Virus record (IMG/VR): IMGVR_UViG_3300026116_000003
Location: 10,136-74,135 of that record
Direction: 5' to 3' (one strand)
Length of the DNA stretch: 64,000 nucleotides
From: a virus
Position 1 is the first letter of the stretch. The number at the start of each line of letters is the position of its first letter. Positions 49,499-58,434 of this stretch are shown here, piece by piece. The notes below the pieces were generated by a model. That model saw nothing but the letters and a program-made list of their open reading frames with translations, made no database searches and was not told the DNA's origin. The position numbers and the translations under genes were made by a program.

Positions 49499-51754
49499 TT
49501 ATCTCTTCTGCGCGATATACTCCCTAAAAACTTTGTAGTCATCGGCATTAGTTAAGTTCAAAGCGCCATTCCAATTACTATTCAACAAAGCGGCTTTACC
49601 AACAGGTATCGGCTCTCCCTTTACAAATACTTTCCCGAATCCGAATCCCTTAATCGGGATAACTTCTTCCTTCAACGCGGCCAGCTCACGAATTGATTTG
49701 GGGTCTTTTGACGCGAAGATTCTTTCCAAAGCTGCCGCTGTCTCATCTGATACTGACATCTTGTTCGGTAAATAATTTGCGTCTCCTCTAATGCTCCTTT
49801 CCGCCGCTAACTCACTTTGTGAAATAAACCGAGCTCCAGTATATTTTTTCAATTCCTTCCACTCTGTAGCATTCGGGGTAAACCCGTATCGCGCCCACGC
49901 GTAGCCGCCCACGTCAATGTTTGCATTAAGCTCAATTCTTTCCACACCGAGATGGTCCCATATTTTGATTTGATTGCTGGCAAGAGTTTTAGAGATAGAC
50001 CCTCCCTGAAGCCCGTCTCCTAGCTTTAGATAAGAATTTTCAACCGTCTTTGTGACGGGGTGGTAATACCGATTGAAGCTTATGCTTATCTTGCCGATTT
50101 CTTCTTCTGTAGCGCTCGCCGGAAACATACTTAGCGGCTGGTATCCAGCAAATGACCAACGCTCGCCAGACCGACTTATTTGCAATTCAATCCCATGCTT
50201 CTCTACTCCGGCCAGCATAACTTTTTTGAACTTCTCCGGACTCATACTAAAGTCTTTTTGAAACTTCGCTATGTCCTCCGGCGTGCCGAACTGTATTCCT
50301 TTAGCTCCCAAATCTCTTCGTATTATTCCCAACTGGTAATCTGTCTTCCCCTCCGTCACAATCAACTTGTCAGCAGCTTCTGTAAGGTGTCCTACTCCGT
50401 AGCGTTCGAAAGTAGCCGGCGCAGCTTCTTTGACTGCTTCTTTCGCCGCAGCTTGCTCGGCGAATATACGAATATTGACATTCTCGGCTTGAGCTTCTAA
50501 CTCCGGCCAGTAGACTCTTGCTTTGATAGTATCGCGCCCCGCTACCGCAGCCGCTGCAGCTGTATGGTGTCCGTCGTTTATTACATACCGGTCTCCGACT
50601 TTTACTACGTCCACTTGTGCTCTAGCCACGTTGAAATCTTCAGCGATGCCAGCAACTTTATCAGCTCCAATCCAGTCTTGCGTGACAATCAAATCCTTTA
50701 TAGCTACCTCTTGACTCTTAATAAATTCACCCTTTTCTATAAATTCTGCTTGTCCAGCAAAGATTTTCGGAGCGTCTACCCATACTCCGGTAGTATCTCG
50801 CCAATCGATAGCTACTGGAGCTTGCTCGGCAACTTTCTCAGCTGTTGCTGGTATCCACGCGCAGCGGCAATTCGGGTGGAGCGGAATTAGCCCATGAGCG
50901 TCTTCCGCATCGAATACTTTCCCCTCCATCGCTGCGCACTCTTCGCATACGCGGTCGTCTCCGGCGGTAGACCACTCTGCTTTGACTCCGAGCTCAGTTA
51001 CCCCTAGACGCTCGAAAGCATCGAGCTGCCCCTCAGCGTGAGCGAAGATTGTCTCGGTCCGGGCAATCAATAGCGCCCGGGTATTCGTCAAGTTGTCGAT
51101 ATTGTCCGCCATCTCTTTGGCAATCTCCGTGGGACCGCTCCCGTCAATCATCCCTTGCGACAGGATGCGGTTCATATTGCTCCCCATCTGCGCTGTCACG
51201 CCTTTCAAGTCCTCGAAAGAGCGAGTCGCCAGCAGTTCAATCTTCGACCGCGTTTCGGGCTGGTTGAAAGACTGGCGAAGAAACTCAGCTTGGCTTTGGT
51301 CGATATGCTTGGGGTCGGTCGAGTCGAGCGCACTACGGCTGGCGAGATAAGCGTTGAGCTGCCCTTGCTTGTAGGCGCTCGTAACGTAGGGAGTCATCCA
51401 CGGCTTGTCGGCTGGCGTGCCTGGAGTCGGGGAAAAGATATCCGCCTTGACTTGTTGCGCGAACCATTCCTGGAATGCGCTTATCTTGCCGGCGTCAGTG
51501 CGGAATTGAAACTCCCTGGGGCTGGCGTGAGTAACAAAGGGGTTTGTCTTTTCTCCGAGCCCTAGCGCGTCCTGCTCCGCGATAAACTCCTTGACGTGCG
51601 CTTTGAGCTTGCGAAAGCGCCGAGCCATCTCAGCTACGAAGCGCTTCCGGACCATCGTAGTCCGCGTCGGGTCTTTCTTGAGCGGATTGGCTCGATTACG
51701 GACGAAGCGAGTCCGCAAGTCCAGTTTCGGCGGCTTAGCAAGAGTTAAAAGCAC
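49499..51754 (-). CDS. MuF (SPP1 gp7-like) head morphogenesis protein with ParB-like and GNAT-like C-terminal extension
   Basis: DPTRT, RALLIARTET, WSTAGDDRVCEEC, IPLHPNCRC; then VINDGHH; then LQGGSIS...LNANIDVGGYAWARYGF. Confidence 0.85.
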   Translation of the reverse strand: MLLTLAKPPKLDLRTRFVRNRANPLKKDPTRTTMVRKRFVAEMARRFRKLKAHVKEFIAEQDALGLGEKTNPFVTHASPREFQFRTDAGKISAFQEWFAQQVKADIFSPTPGTPADKPWMTPYVTSAYKQGQLNAYLASRSALDSTDPKHIDQSQAEFLRQSFNQPETRSKIELLATRSFEDLKGVTAQMGSNMNRILSQGMIDGSGPTEIAKEMADNIDNLTNTRALLIARTETIFAHAEGQLDAFERLGVTELGVKAEWSTAGDDRVCEECAAMEGKVFDAEDAHGLIPLHPNCRCAWIPATAEKVAEQAPVAIDWRDTTGVWVDAPKIFAGQAEFIEKGEFIKSQEVAIKDLIVTQDWIGADKVAGIAEDFNVARAQVDVVKVGDRYVINDGHHTAAAAAVAGRDTIKARVYWPELEAQAENVNIRIFAEQAAAKEAVKEAAPATFERYGVGHLTEAADKLIVTEGKTDYQLGIIRRDLGAKGIQFGTPEDIAKFQKDFSMSPEKFKKVMLAGVEKHGIELQISRSGERWSFAGYQPLSMFPASATEEEIGKISISFNRYYHPVTKTVENSYLKLGDGLQGGSISKTLASNQIKIWDHLGVERIELNANIDVGGYAWARYGFTPNATEWKELKKYTGARFISQSELAAERSIRGDANYLPNKMSVSDETAAALERIFASKDPKSIRELAALKEEVIPIKGFGFGKVFVKGEPIPVGKAALLNSNWNGALNLTNADDYKVFREYIAQKR

Positions 51755-51789
51755 GTAATTTAGCGCAAGGACACGCTTAGGAGCGATGT

Positions 51790-53283
51790 TTAAGCGTCGT
51801 TACGAGTAAACGGGGCCGGCTTGGCTGGCGCTCCGTTAGGCCGGCTTCCTGGCGGCTTCGCTCCAGGCGCCACGATAACTGGAACGGGGTCCGGCTTGCC
51901 GGCTTGCTTGAGCGTTCCGTCTTCGTCCAACGTCTGCTCTTCCGAAGCGTCGACGACAGCTTGGGCTTCTTCGTCGCTCATGCCCAGTATCAACGTAAGG
52001 TAAAGGAACGGCGGCATCAAAGCGTCGACTCCGCCCTGCACGTATTTCGCCAGCGCGTTGGTTTGCTTCTCGGTCACGTCGGCTTTCTCAGTATCGCTCG
52101 GGCTGTTCAAGTCTTTCCAGTCCACGCAAAGGTCGTTTTCTTCCTTGAGCTCCGGCAGGATTCCGATATTGACCAGTCTCTGAATAAACGGGCGCACGAT
52201 AAACGGGTTCACGTAGTCTTGCCGCCGGCGGTTCAAGCGTCGATTCCAAGTCCGCGTATCCTGCCCGCTAGCCAACTGAGCTTGCTCGCTTCCAATCAGC
52301 ACGCGCCACGGGACTCCGAGCGTAGCCGAGATAAGCTTGAGGTGGACTTCCACGTGCGGACTGGGGTCAGCGATATTGACCGCGAGCGACTTTACTTGCA
52401 GCCCCACGGTAGCGATGTAGCGCTGGAGCCCGTTCATATAGTCTTCCATCTGCTTCTTCGTCGCGGGAATATCGAGCTCAATCTCTTCTCCGTCCTTGCC
52501 GGCGTTGGTTTCCAGGCTATAGCCAGGGAAGCCACCTTTCCAAAACATCTCGCCGGAACCGCCGGCTACTTTCCGCAAGTCGAGCAGACGGTTGAAGACT
52601 TTCTCCATGCGAGGCGTGCCATAAATCTCCGAGTTGGTCCGGTTGTCCGCGATATGAATAATCCGGCTCCAGTGGACGTCCACCAGCTGCGTCGAAGAAG
52701 TCTCGTTAGTAGCCGCTGTATCAGCAAACTGAATTTGATAAGACGTCGGCAAGCCGTAGCGCGGGTTCGTCGCATCTCCTTGCAACGCTCCGATAGTCAC
52801 CAGAGACTCGTCGAGCGGGCGCACGTAAAGCAACTCCCGCTCCTGATTACTTACTTTGTCTCCAGCTTCGTCTATTCCATCGACCGGTTGATTCAGCGAA
52901 AGCCCATCATCTATCCCCAGCAAAATCACTCCGAACCGGCCGATGCCACTTAAGACGTCGGCCCGTTGGAGATAAGACAGGAGTGACATCCGGCCATTCA
53001 ACTCTTTCCAAGCTGTCTCAAATTCTGTTTCTTCGGGGTCTTCAGTCTCGTAAATCTCGGGGTCGTCGCTCCAAGTCTCTTCCGGAATCACGCTGACGAC
53101 TCGCGCTGCCAAGTCGCCACGCTTCCAGAATTGCATATAGTCAGAAGTAGTCAGAGAAGCGGGGTAGCCACATTCCTTGTCAAGGTCTTTGCGCGGGTCG
53201 AGCAGCTTGGCAAGCCACGCTTGGCGGGAAGTAAAAGTATTGCGAAGTAGTTGGGCGATATTGAACGTCGGTTTCTTAGCCAT
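51790..53283 (-). CDS. Portal protein (DUF1073-type)
   Basis: LDKECGYP, LAARVV..PEETW, PRYGLP, VHWSRIIH, VPWRVLIGS; position between terminase and MuF. Confidence 0.88.
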   Translation of the reverse strand: MAKKPTFNIAQLLRNTFTSRQAWLAKLLDPRKDLDKECGYPASLTTSDYMQFWKRGDLAARVVSVIPEETWSDDPEIYETEDPEETEFETAWKELNGRMSLLSYLQRADVLSGIGRFGVILLGIDDGLSLNQPVDGIDEAGDKVSNQERELLYVRPLDESLVTIGALQGDATNPRYGLPTSYQIQFADTAATNETSSTQLVDVHWSRIIHIADNRTNSEIYGTPRMEKVFNRLLDLRKVAGGSGEMFWKGGFPGYSLETNAGKDGEEIELDIPATKKQMEDYMNGLQRYIATVGLQVKSLAVNIADPSPHVEVHLKLISATLGVPWRVLIGSEQAQLASGQDTRTWNRRLNRRRQDYVNPFIVRPFIQRLVNIGILPELKEENDLCVDWKDLNSPSDTEKADVTEKQTNALAKYVQGGVDALMPPFLYLTLILGMSDEEAQAVVDASEEQTLDEDGTLKQAGKPDPVPVIVAPGAKPPGSRPNGAPAKPAPFTRNDA

Positions 53284-53302
53284 GGCTGAGAACCCTACTA
53301 CG

Positions 53303-53665
53303 TCAATTTGAAGTTACAAGCTTTTTAAGAACTTCCACCTCTTCGGGGTGCTCGTCCCGCCATTGCTGCCAGCTCTCGTCCGTCAGCTTGAACTTTATCC
53401 AGCTGGGGTGGTCCGGCTTCGGAGTAAATGGCGGCTGCGAAGTATCGCAACGCTTGCAGAATTGCTGGCCAGATTCAGCAATATACAGATGGTAGAAACA
53501 AAAGTAAAGGCCACAACCAAACTCTCCGCCGTAAGGTTCACCGCCGCAGACGTGCGCCAGCCCGCGGTCTATCTCGACGTTGCAACCGGGGTAGTCGCAG
53601 TAGGCCGGAACGCCGTAGCCGATATCCCGCTTCCACTTGCTATCGTATCCGATTGACCAGCCCAT
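53303..53665 (-). CDS. Cys-rich conserved phage hypothetical protein
   Basis: RDIGYGVPAYCDYPGC..IDRGLAHVCG...GCGLYFC. Confidence 0.75.
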   Translation of the reverse strand: MGWSIGYDSKWKRDIGYGVPAYCDYPGCNVEIDRGLAHVCGGEPYGGEFGCGLYFCFYHLYIAESGQQFCKRCDTSQPPFTPKPDHPSWIKFKLTDESWQQWRDEHPEEVEVLKKLVTSN

Positions 53666-53816
53666 TTCGTATTCTCTTTTTATACGCCGCCTGCTTGCGC
53701 AGATGGTCGAGACACATATCGCTTATCGCAAAGCTTTTATTAGTGCAGAAGATGCACAGCCCCTTCTCCCGTTGCTTCGCTTGCCAGCGCAGCGTATTGG
53801 CGAGCCCTTGTCTCAC
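53640..53816 (-). CDS. 58-aa zinc-finger-like protein (GTG start)
   Basis: Manual translation: KGLCIFC...MCLDH; GTGA overlap. Confidence 0.5.
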   Translation of the reverse strand: MRQGLANTLRWQAKQREKGLCIFCTNKSFAISDMCLDHLRKQAAYKKRIRNGLVNRIR

Positions 53817-53962
53817 GGCCGCCAGATTTCAGAGTCGTAGTCTCTATACTCTCCATCCGGTGGCTGGTCTCCTTCTTCCTGAGCCAGCCATCGCCCAAGC
53901 ATCCATCCAGCAATACAAGTTACGAGCGCTCCAAGAATTGCTCCGACGATAAAGCCGGTCAT
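53813..53962 (-). CDS. 49-aa single-TM membrane protein
   Basis: Manual translation MTGFIVGAILGALVTCIAGWMLGRW... Confidence 0.55.
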   Translation of the reverse strand: MTGFIVGAILGALVTCIAGWMLGRWLAQEEGDQPPDGEYRDYDSEIWRP

Positions 53963-53967
53963 AAAGT

Positions 53968-54153
53968 TCATAACCGGTCTATTGCTTTTGCCTTTTGCTC
54001 TTCTACTTCATCCAGTCTCCGGCGAAGCAGCAGCTCTATCTCTTCCAGCTCTGCAATCCGTTCCCGGAGCTTCGCATTGCCGGCGGCGTCCAGTAGACAA
54101 GCGGGGCAATACTCCGGCAGCGTAGCTCCGCAACGTTGGCACTCACGTTTCAT
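53968..54153 (-). CDS. Small zinc-ribbon plus coiled-coil protein
   Basis: CQRCG...CPAC. Confidence 0.6.
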   Translation of the reverse strand: MKRECQRCGATLPEYCPACLLDAAGNAKLRERIAELEEIELLLRRRLDEVEEQKAKAIDRL

Positions 54154-54406
54154 TATTCCCTTCTATATTTCTCGGGTCGTGCTTCATCCAGTTGCTCTTC
54201 GTCTTCTCTTGATACGTTATCCATTCTTTGAGCGCGGCAATAGCGCTTTCTCGCGTAGAGTTTGAAGCATAATACATCCGGTCGCTTTCTCCAGTAGGGA
54301 ACGCGAACACGACAAAAGTATAGTTCTCCGGCAGCTTGTTTTGCACCAGCTCGCACATCTCCTGAATCCATTGCTGGTCTTTCGGACGAAACTTGTCTTT
54401 GCTCAT
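54143..54406 (-). CDS. Hypothetical protein
   Basis: FVVFAF...YASNSTRESAIAALKEW; ATGA-coupled start. Confidence 0.7.
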   Translation of the reverse strand: MSKDKFRPKDQQWIQEMCELVQNKLPENYTFVVFAFPTGESDRMYYASNSTRESAIAALKEWITYQEKTKSNWMKHDPRNIEGNNET

Positions 54407-54612
54407 TCTGGTCTTACCAAGTGCCAAGCTTCCATCAGCGCGTTAGACAAGTCCGTCGCTCCTAACGTGGTGGAGCTCTTTGTTTTTATCCGGACGACAG
54501 AAAACGAACTTCCGTGGTCCACCAGCTCATAGCCCCACTTCTTCAAGTGGACTTCGTAGCCTTCGTCAGTGGAAGGCTCCACCAGCTTCCGCACCTTAGT
54601 TTTCTTTTTCAT
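54403..54612 (-). CDS. Hypothetical protein
   Basis: ORF in operon. Confidence 0.55.
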   Translation of the reverse strand: MKKKTKVRKLVEPSTDEGYEVHLKKWGYELVDHGSSFSVVRIKTKSSTTLGATDLSNALMEAWHLVRPE

Positions 54613-55246
54613 TTTTCCACCCTTCTATTATCTTCGGGTCCGGCTTAAGAAACAAAGACTGGAACGCTCGGCCGCTCAGCTTCCACCCCTCGGCAATCGG
54701 CTCGTAGACTTCTACAGTCTCTGGAGGAGGGTGCAAATCAGCCCTAACGAAAATCAAATTGCACGGCGTGCGGTAAAGTAGCCCGTATCCCTTGTGCGTT
54801 CCCAAGCCGACCAGAGCGCCGAACGAAGCGCCGAAGTAGTCGTCTCCAGCCCAGCGGTGATAAGGGTCATAGAAAATCGTCTTGTTCCCGCCAAGCGTAG
54901 GGTTGAATTCAATTACTACGATACACGGAGCCCAAAGCAACGCTCGCCAGAGCCAGTAATCATTCCCATCCACGTCGATAGACAATACTCCACACGCCAT
55001 CGGCACAACTTGATTGACATTGTCTACAGTAATATTCCGAAGCACTACTGCTAATCCTTTAGGCTCCCAGTCATACTGGAAGCCGGTCCAGCCGGCTTCC
55101 ATAAGTCCCCGAATATTGGACAAGTGGTAGCCGTCGCCAGCGCCAAACTCGACCGCTACGCGCGGAACCACAAAGTCGCTTCGCTCGAGGAGTTTAACAA
55201 TTTCGGCAATCAGCTTCGTCTCTCCGTATTGCGAATAGTCTTTCAT
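54596..55246 (-). CDS. FkbM-like methyltransferase
   Basis: YSQYGE, VEFGAGDG..SN, LSIDVDGNDYWLW, IVVIEFN. Confidence 0.85.
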   Translation of the reverse strand: MKDYSQYGETKLIAEIVKLLERSDFVVPRVAVEFGAGDGYHLSNIRGLMEAGWTGFQYDWEPKGLAVVLRNITVDNVNQVVPMACGVLSIDVDGNDYWLWRALLWAPCIVVIEFNPTLGGNKTIFYDPYHRWAGDDYFGASFGALVGLGTHKGYGLLYRTPCNLIFVRADLHPPPETVEVYEPIAEGWKLSGRAFQSLFLKPDPKIIEGWKNEKEN

Positions 55247-55360
55247 TTTTTTGGGCGAGTTTACCCGAAAGGGGTAGGCTTTCTTCCATTTGTCGATACT
55301 CGCTGAGATTTACTCGCTACCTCTCAGTTCATCCGGGAGCTACCCGGCACGCTCTATTAT

Positions 55361-56809
55361 CTACACTCCACCTACTCTAACTTTCTTGCGAGCGAGGCGA
55401 TTGAACGCCCCGCCACTCGCGTCGACCTGGTCAGTATAGCGAGAGTGCGGAAAGAAACGCAACTCATCCAGATACTCTTTCGTCCACTCCCTATTCAAGC
55501 ACTTTACGTTGCCGCCGCCGACTTGCGAAGCGAAGGGATACGCGCGGCTGATTTTGTCTCCAGTAGGATGGTAAGCAAATACGATAAAGCCAGCGAGCAT
55601 CCGGACGGTATTCTCTCCTGACTCTTTGCCGCCAGAGCCTCCCTCCACTTCCAGCGCGATACGCACGTCCTTCCCATCCGTCTGCGCAGTTTGCAGTATC
55701 ATCGCTTCCCGTTGCGTAGCTCCCCACTGCCCGCGCACTACGTCGAGCACCCAGTAAATACTATGCAGTTCGTCCACCATCATCTTGACTCCGACGCTCC
55801 AGTTGCCACCCTCCTGCGTCCCCGCTTTGTCCCAGCTTCTAATTATCCGCCCGCGCTTGTTCGGCAGCGCGTCCACCAGTTCAATCTTCGATACTTGAAA
55901 CATACCGCCGCCCAATGGCACGGGGTCCTGGAGGATTTGAGCTGCGTAGCCATAAGCGCCCAACTCTTGCTTGAGCTTGTCCAGCACGCCTTGCGGAAGG
56001 CGCACCGGGTCCAGCATCCCATCGATATACCTTTCCCCAAGCTCCAACGGCGATACGTTATCAGTCAACTCTCCCGGCAGGCAGATATGTTTTACCTTGC
56101 CAAGCTTTTGCGAAAGCATTTCCCCGCTGGGGTCTGCTTGATGGAGACGTTGCTGGATGAGGATAGTCGGAGTCACGCGCTTGTCGACTTTGCGCGAGGG
56201 GAGCGTATTGGTCATCCAGCGGTTGACGGACTTCAATTCCGCTTCGCTGAAAGACTCTTCGGGGTTGATAGGGTCGTCGACAATCAGAAAGTGGCCATGG
56301 TATCCAGTTACCAGCCCGCCGACGCCGACGGACAAGCGAAACCCCATCTGCGTATTGGTAAACAGCCCCTTGGTATTCTCGTCCTCGCGCAGCTGGATAT
56401 TGGGGAAGCAACGCTGGTATCGCTCCGACTGGACAATATCCCGAGTCTTGAGCGAGTCTTTCAGCGCGACCTGGTGCGCGTAGGAGCCACAAATAAACTT
56501 AGTGCTCGGCATACGCGCCCAGCACCAGGCGGGGAACGCTTGCGAGCAGATGGTTGACTTGGACGAGCCGGGAGGGACGTTGATTACCACGTCATATTCT
56601 TTCGGCCATCCAGCGAATACCAGCTCGGCTACTTCTTGCAATTCATCGCAGAGATACTTGATATGCCAATTAGCGACGAGTGGCTCAGCTACGATTAAGT
56701 CCCAAAACTCCAGGAGAAACCGATAGAAGCTGCGCTTGCAGAGGGTAGCAAGGACTTTCTCTTCACTTACCTGTAACGGTCTCTCTTCACTTACTCGGGG
56801 CAGTCCCAT
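55361..56809 (-). CDS. terL: Terminase large subunit
   Basis: INVPPGSSKST, IVDDP, IQQRLH, RSWDKAG, DQVDA. Confidence 0.92.
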   Translation of the reverse strand: MGLPRVSEERPLQVSEEKVLATLCKRSFYRFLLEFWDLIVAEPLVANWHIKYLCDELQEVAELVFAGWPKEYDVVINVPPGSSKSTICSQAFPAWCWARMPSTKFICGSYAHQVALKDSLKTRDIVQSERYQRCFPNIQLREDENTKGLFTNTQMGFRLSVGVGGLVTGYHGHFLIVDDPINPEESFSEAELKSVNRWMTNTLPSRKVDKRVTPTILIQQRLHQADPSGEMLSQKLGKVKHICLPGELTDNVSPLELGERYIDGMLDPVRLPQGVLDKLKQELGAYGYAAQILQDPVPLGGGMFQVSKIELVDALPNKRGRIIRSWDKAGTQEGGNWSVGVKMMVDELHSIYWVLDVVRGQWGATQREAMILQTAQTDGKDVRIALEVEGGSGGKESGENTVRMLAGFIVFAYHPTGDKISRAYPFASQVGGGNVKCLNREWTKEYLDELRFFPHSRYTDQVDASGGAFNRLARKKVRVGGV

Positions 56810-57266
56810 TCTTCTTCCTTATCGCTTCCAGGAGCTTTTCCAAAGTCGGGGTATCCAAGTCCAGCGTCTCGATATCGACTCCGGTGGTAGATATCTTCCC
56901 CGAGTGTTCCACCTGGAGAATTTCCAGGCCGAGGATACGGTCCATTTGCCGGCGGGCATTTTGCTTGATTATGTATGGAGTTTTCTTGTCGAGGATGTTT
57001 CCTTCCCACCAGGCGACAGAGTCTGCCCGAAGCTCTTCCTTCGCCCTTTGAATATGGATAAGGAGCCTCTCTCGCGCGCGACTAAGGTAGGTTTCCGCTG
57101 TTGCGTGATTGACGTTGAACTTTTTCTTGACTAATGCCATTATGGTATGCTTCAAGACATGTCCCTGGCGCAAGAGCAGTTCGGTATATTGTATGCGCTC
57201 CTCCATTTGCGCTTCTGTTGGCTTCTGAGGTTTGGGGTAATATTTCCCTTTTGGTCCGACTGGCAT
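56787..57266 (-). CDS. Terminase small subunit (putative)
   Basis: Immediately upstream of terL; HTH-like N-terminus; RILGL...VEHSG. Confidence 0.75.
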   Translation of the reverse strand: MPVGPKGKYYPKPQKPTEAQMEERIQYTELLLRQGHVLKHTIMALVKKKFNVNHATAETYLSRARERLLIHIQRAKEELRADSVAWWEGNILDKKTPYIIKQNARRQMDRILGLEILQVEHSGKISTTGVDIETLDLDTPTLEKLLEAIRKKNGTAPSK

Positions 57267-57297
57267 AAATTTATTTCTAGCAAGCTAAACGACGGCA

Positions 57298-58434
57298 CTA
57301 GTCTAGTAAAGCTTTATCCTTTGACGGCTCTTTCTTTTTCACCGGGCGGAATACTTTAATATTCACTCTTTCCCTCTTTTTTATCAGACGCATCTCCGGA
57401 TTGAATTGTGTCCGTTGCAGAGCAGTATCCGGCTTCAGTATTAGTTTGTGTTTGAAAGCGTGGTAATTGACAAGGTGCTGCCAGCGTCCGAAGCGCTGGA
57501 TAATCTCCACGTGTTTCGGATGGCGTTTCTGGAGAGCTTTAGCCATCCGCAGTCTACCCTCGCCTTGATATAGCTCGTCAGTATTCCCTCCCTTCATGGT
57601 CATCGTCTGTTGCTTCCCCGCGAGGAAAGCATTGAACTGGACCGTGCAGAGGCCATCTTCAAGAACTCTTAGAGAGAGGTCTGTGTCTTCGTTGTAACGT
57701 CCGCGCCAGCGATAGGGAAGGTCGTTTCTGATAAGAATACAAGAGTAGACGCGTGTATTGAGCACGTAGGGTGGGATGACTTGCTTGTTCTTGGCAAAAA
57801 AGTGGTAGTTCATCCCGGCCAGACCGACGTTAGTATATCGGTCGGCAAAATTTTCAACGATTCTAAAGATTGCGCCATCGGCTACTTTTACTTTGGCATT
57901 ATCGTTGCGGCGGAAAAAGTGGCGGATATTGTCGTCGAGAATCCAATGGCGCTCAACTCCAGATTTGATGGCGTGTTCCCAAATCCAGTTCCGCGCGGGG
58001 ATTGACCCCTTGCCGAGATTTGAGAAGGGCAACTTGAGTATCTTTTCCCGGTCGATTACTTTTGCATACGCTTTGAATTCTTGTGGCTCAACCACGATGT
58101 AGTAAGGGACGTTGATATCTTCCAGAGTCCGGCTAGTTAGTCGAGACTTCCATCTCCCTTTCGATACGATATACACGGGGTATCGCGGGACGGTTCGAGA
58201 ACAGCTGGCGTAGCGCACATCCTCTACAATATTCCGGCCCCGTTTCGGATGCCAAACGTATGGAGTCCGCGGAGTCAGCCGTTGTCCAATCAACTTGGCA
58301 AAACTCTGCCGGTCTTGCTCGCAAGTAAAGTGGACTTTGAGCGTCTGCCAAGGCATCAAGTTCTCTTGCGCGTAGGTCGGCATCCCTTCCCACTCCCGCT
58401 CCCAGTCCAGGGGTATATCGAGCAGCTTAGGCAT
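57298..58434 (-). CDS. TAGT/GREB1-like glycosyltransferase, copy 2
   Basis: YPVYIVSKGR, IVVEPQE, PARNWIWEH, HWILDDNI, YSCILI, RGRYNEDTDLSLR, GGNT. Confidence 0.8.
   Translation of the reverse strand: MPKLLDIPLDWEREWEGMPTYAQENLMPWQTLKVHFTCEQDRQSFAKLIGQRLTPRTPYVWHPKRGRNIVEDVRYASCSRTVPRYPVYIVSKGRWKSRLTSRTLEDINVPYYIVVEPQEFKAYAKVIDREKILKLPFSNLGKGSIPARNWIWEHAIKSGVERHWILDDNIRHFFRRNDNAKVKVADGAIFRIVENFADRYTNVGLAGMNYHFFAKNKQVIPPYVLNTRVYSCILIRNDLPYRWRGRYNEDTDLSLRVLEDGLCTVQFNAFLAGKQQTMTMKGGNTDELYQGEGRLRMAKALQKRHPKHVEIIQRFGRWQHLVNYHAFKHKLILKPDTALQRTQFNPEMRLIKKRERVNIKVFRPVKKKEPSKDKALLD

Noticed and set aside
51790-53283. Anti-CBASS Acb1 label sometimes attached to DUF1073 proteins
   Set aside because: Size, motifs and position indicate portal; no paired HxT phosphoesterase motifs seen
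55300-55330. Hammerhead ribozyme or TPP riboswitch (CTGAGA)
   Set aside because: Lacks the CUGANGA/GAAA core geometry and the remaining TPP consensus
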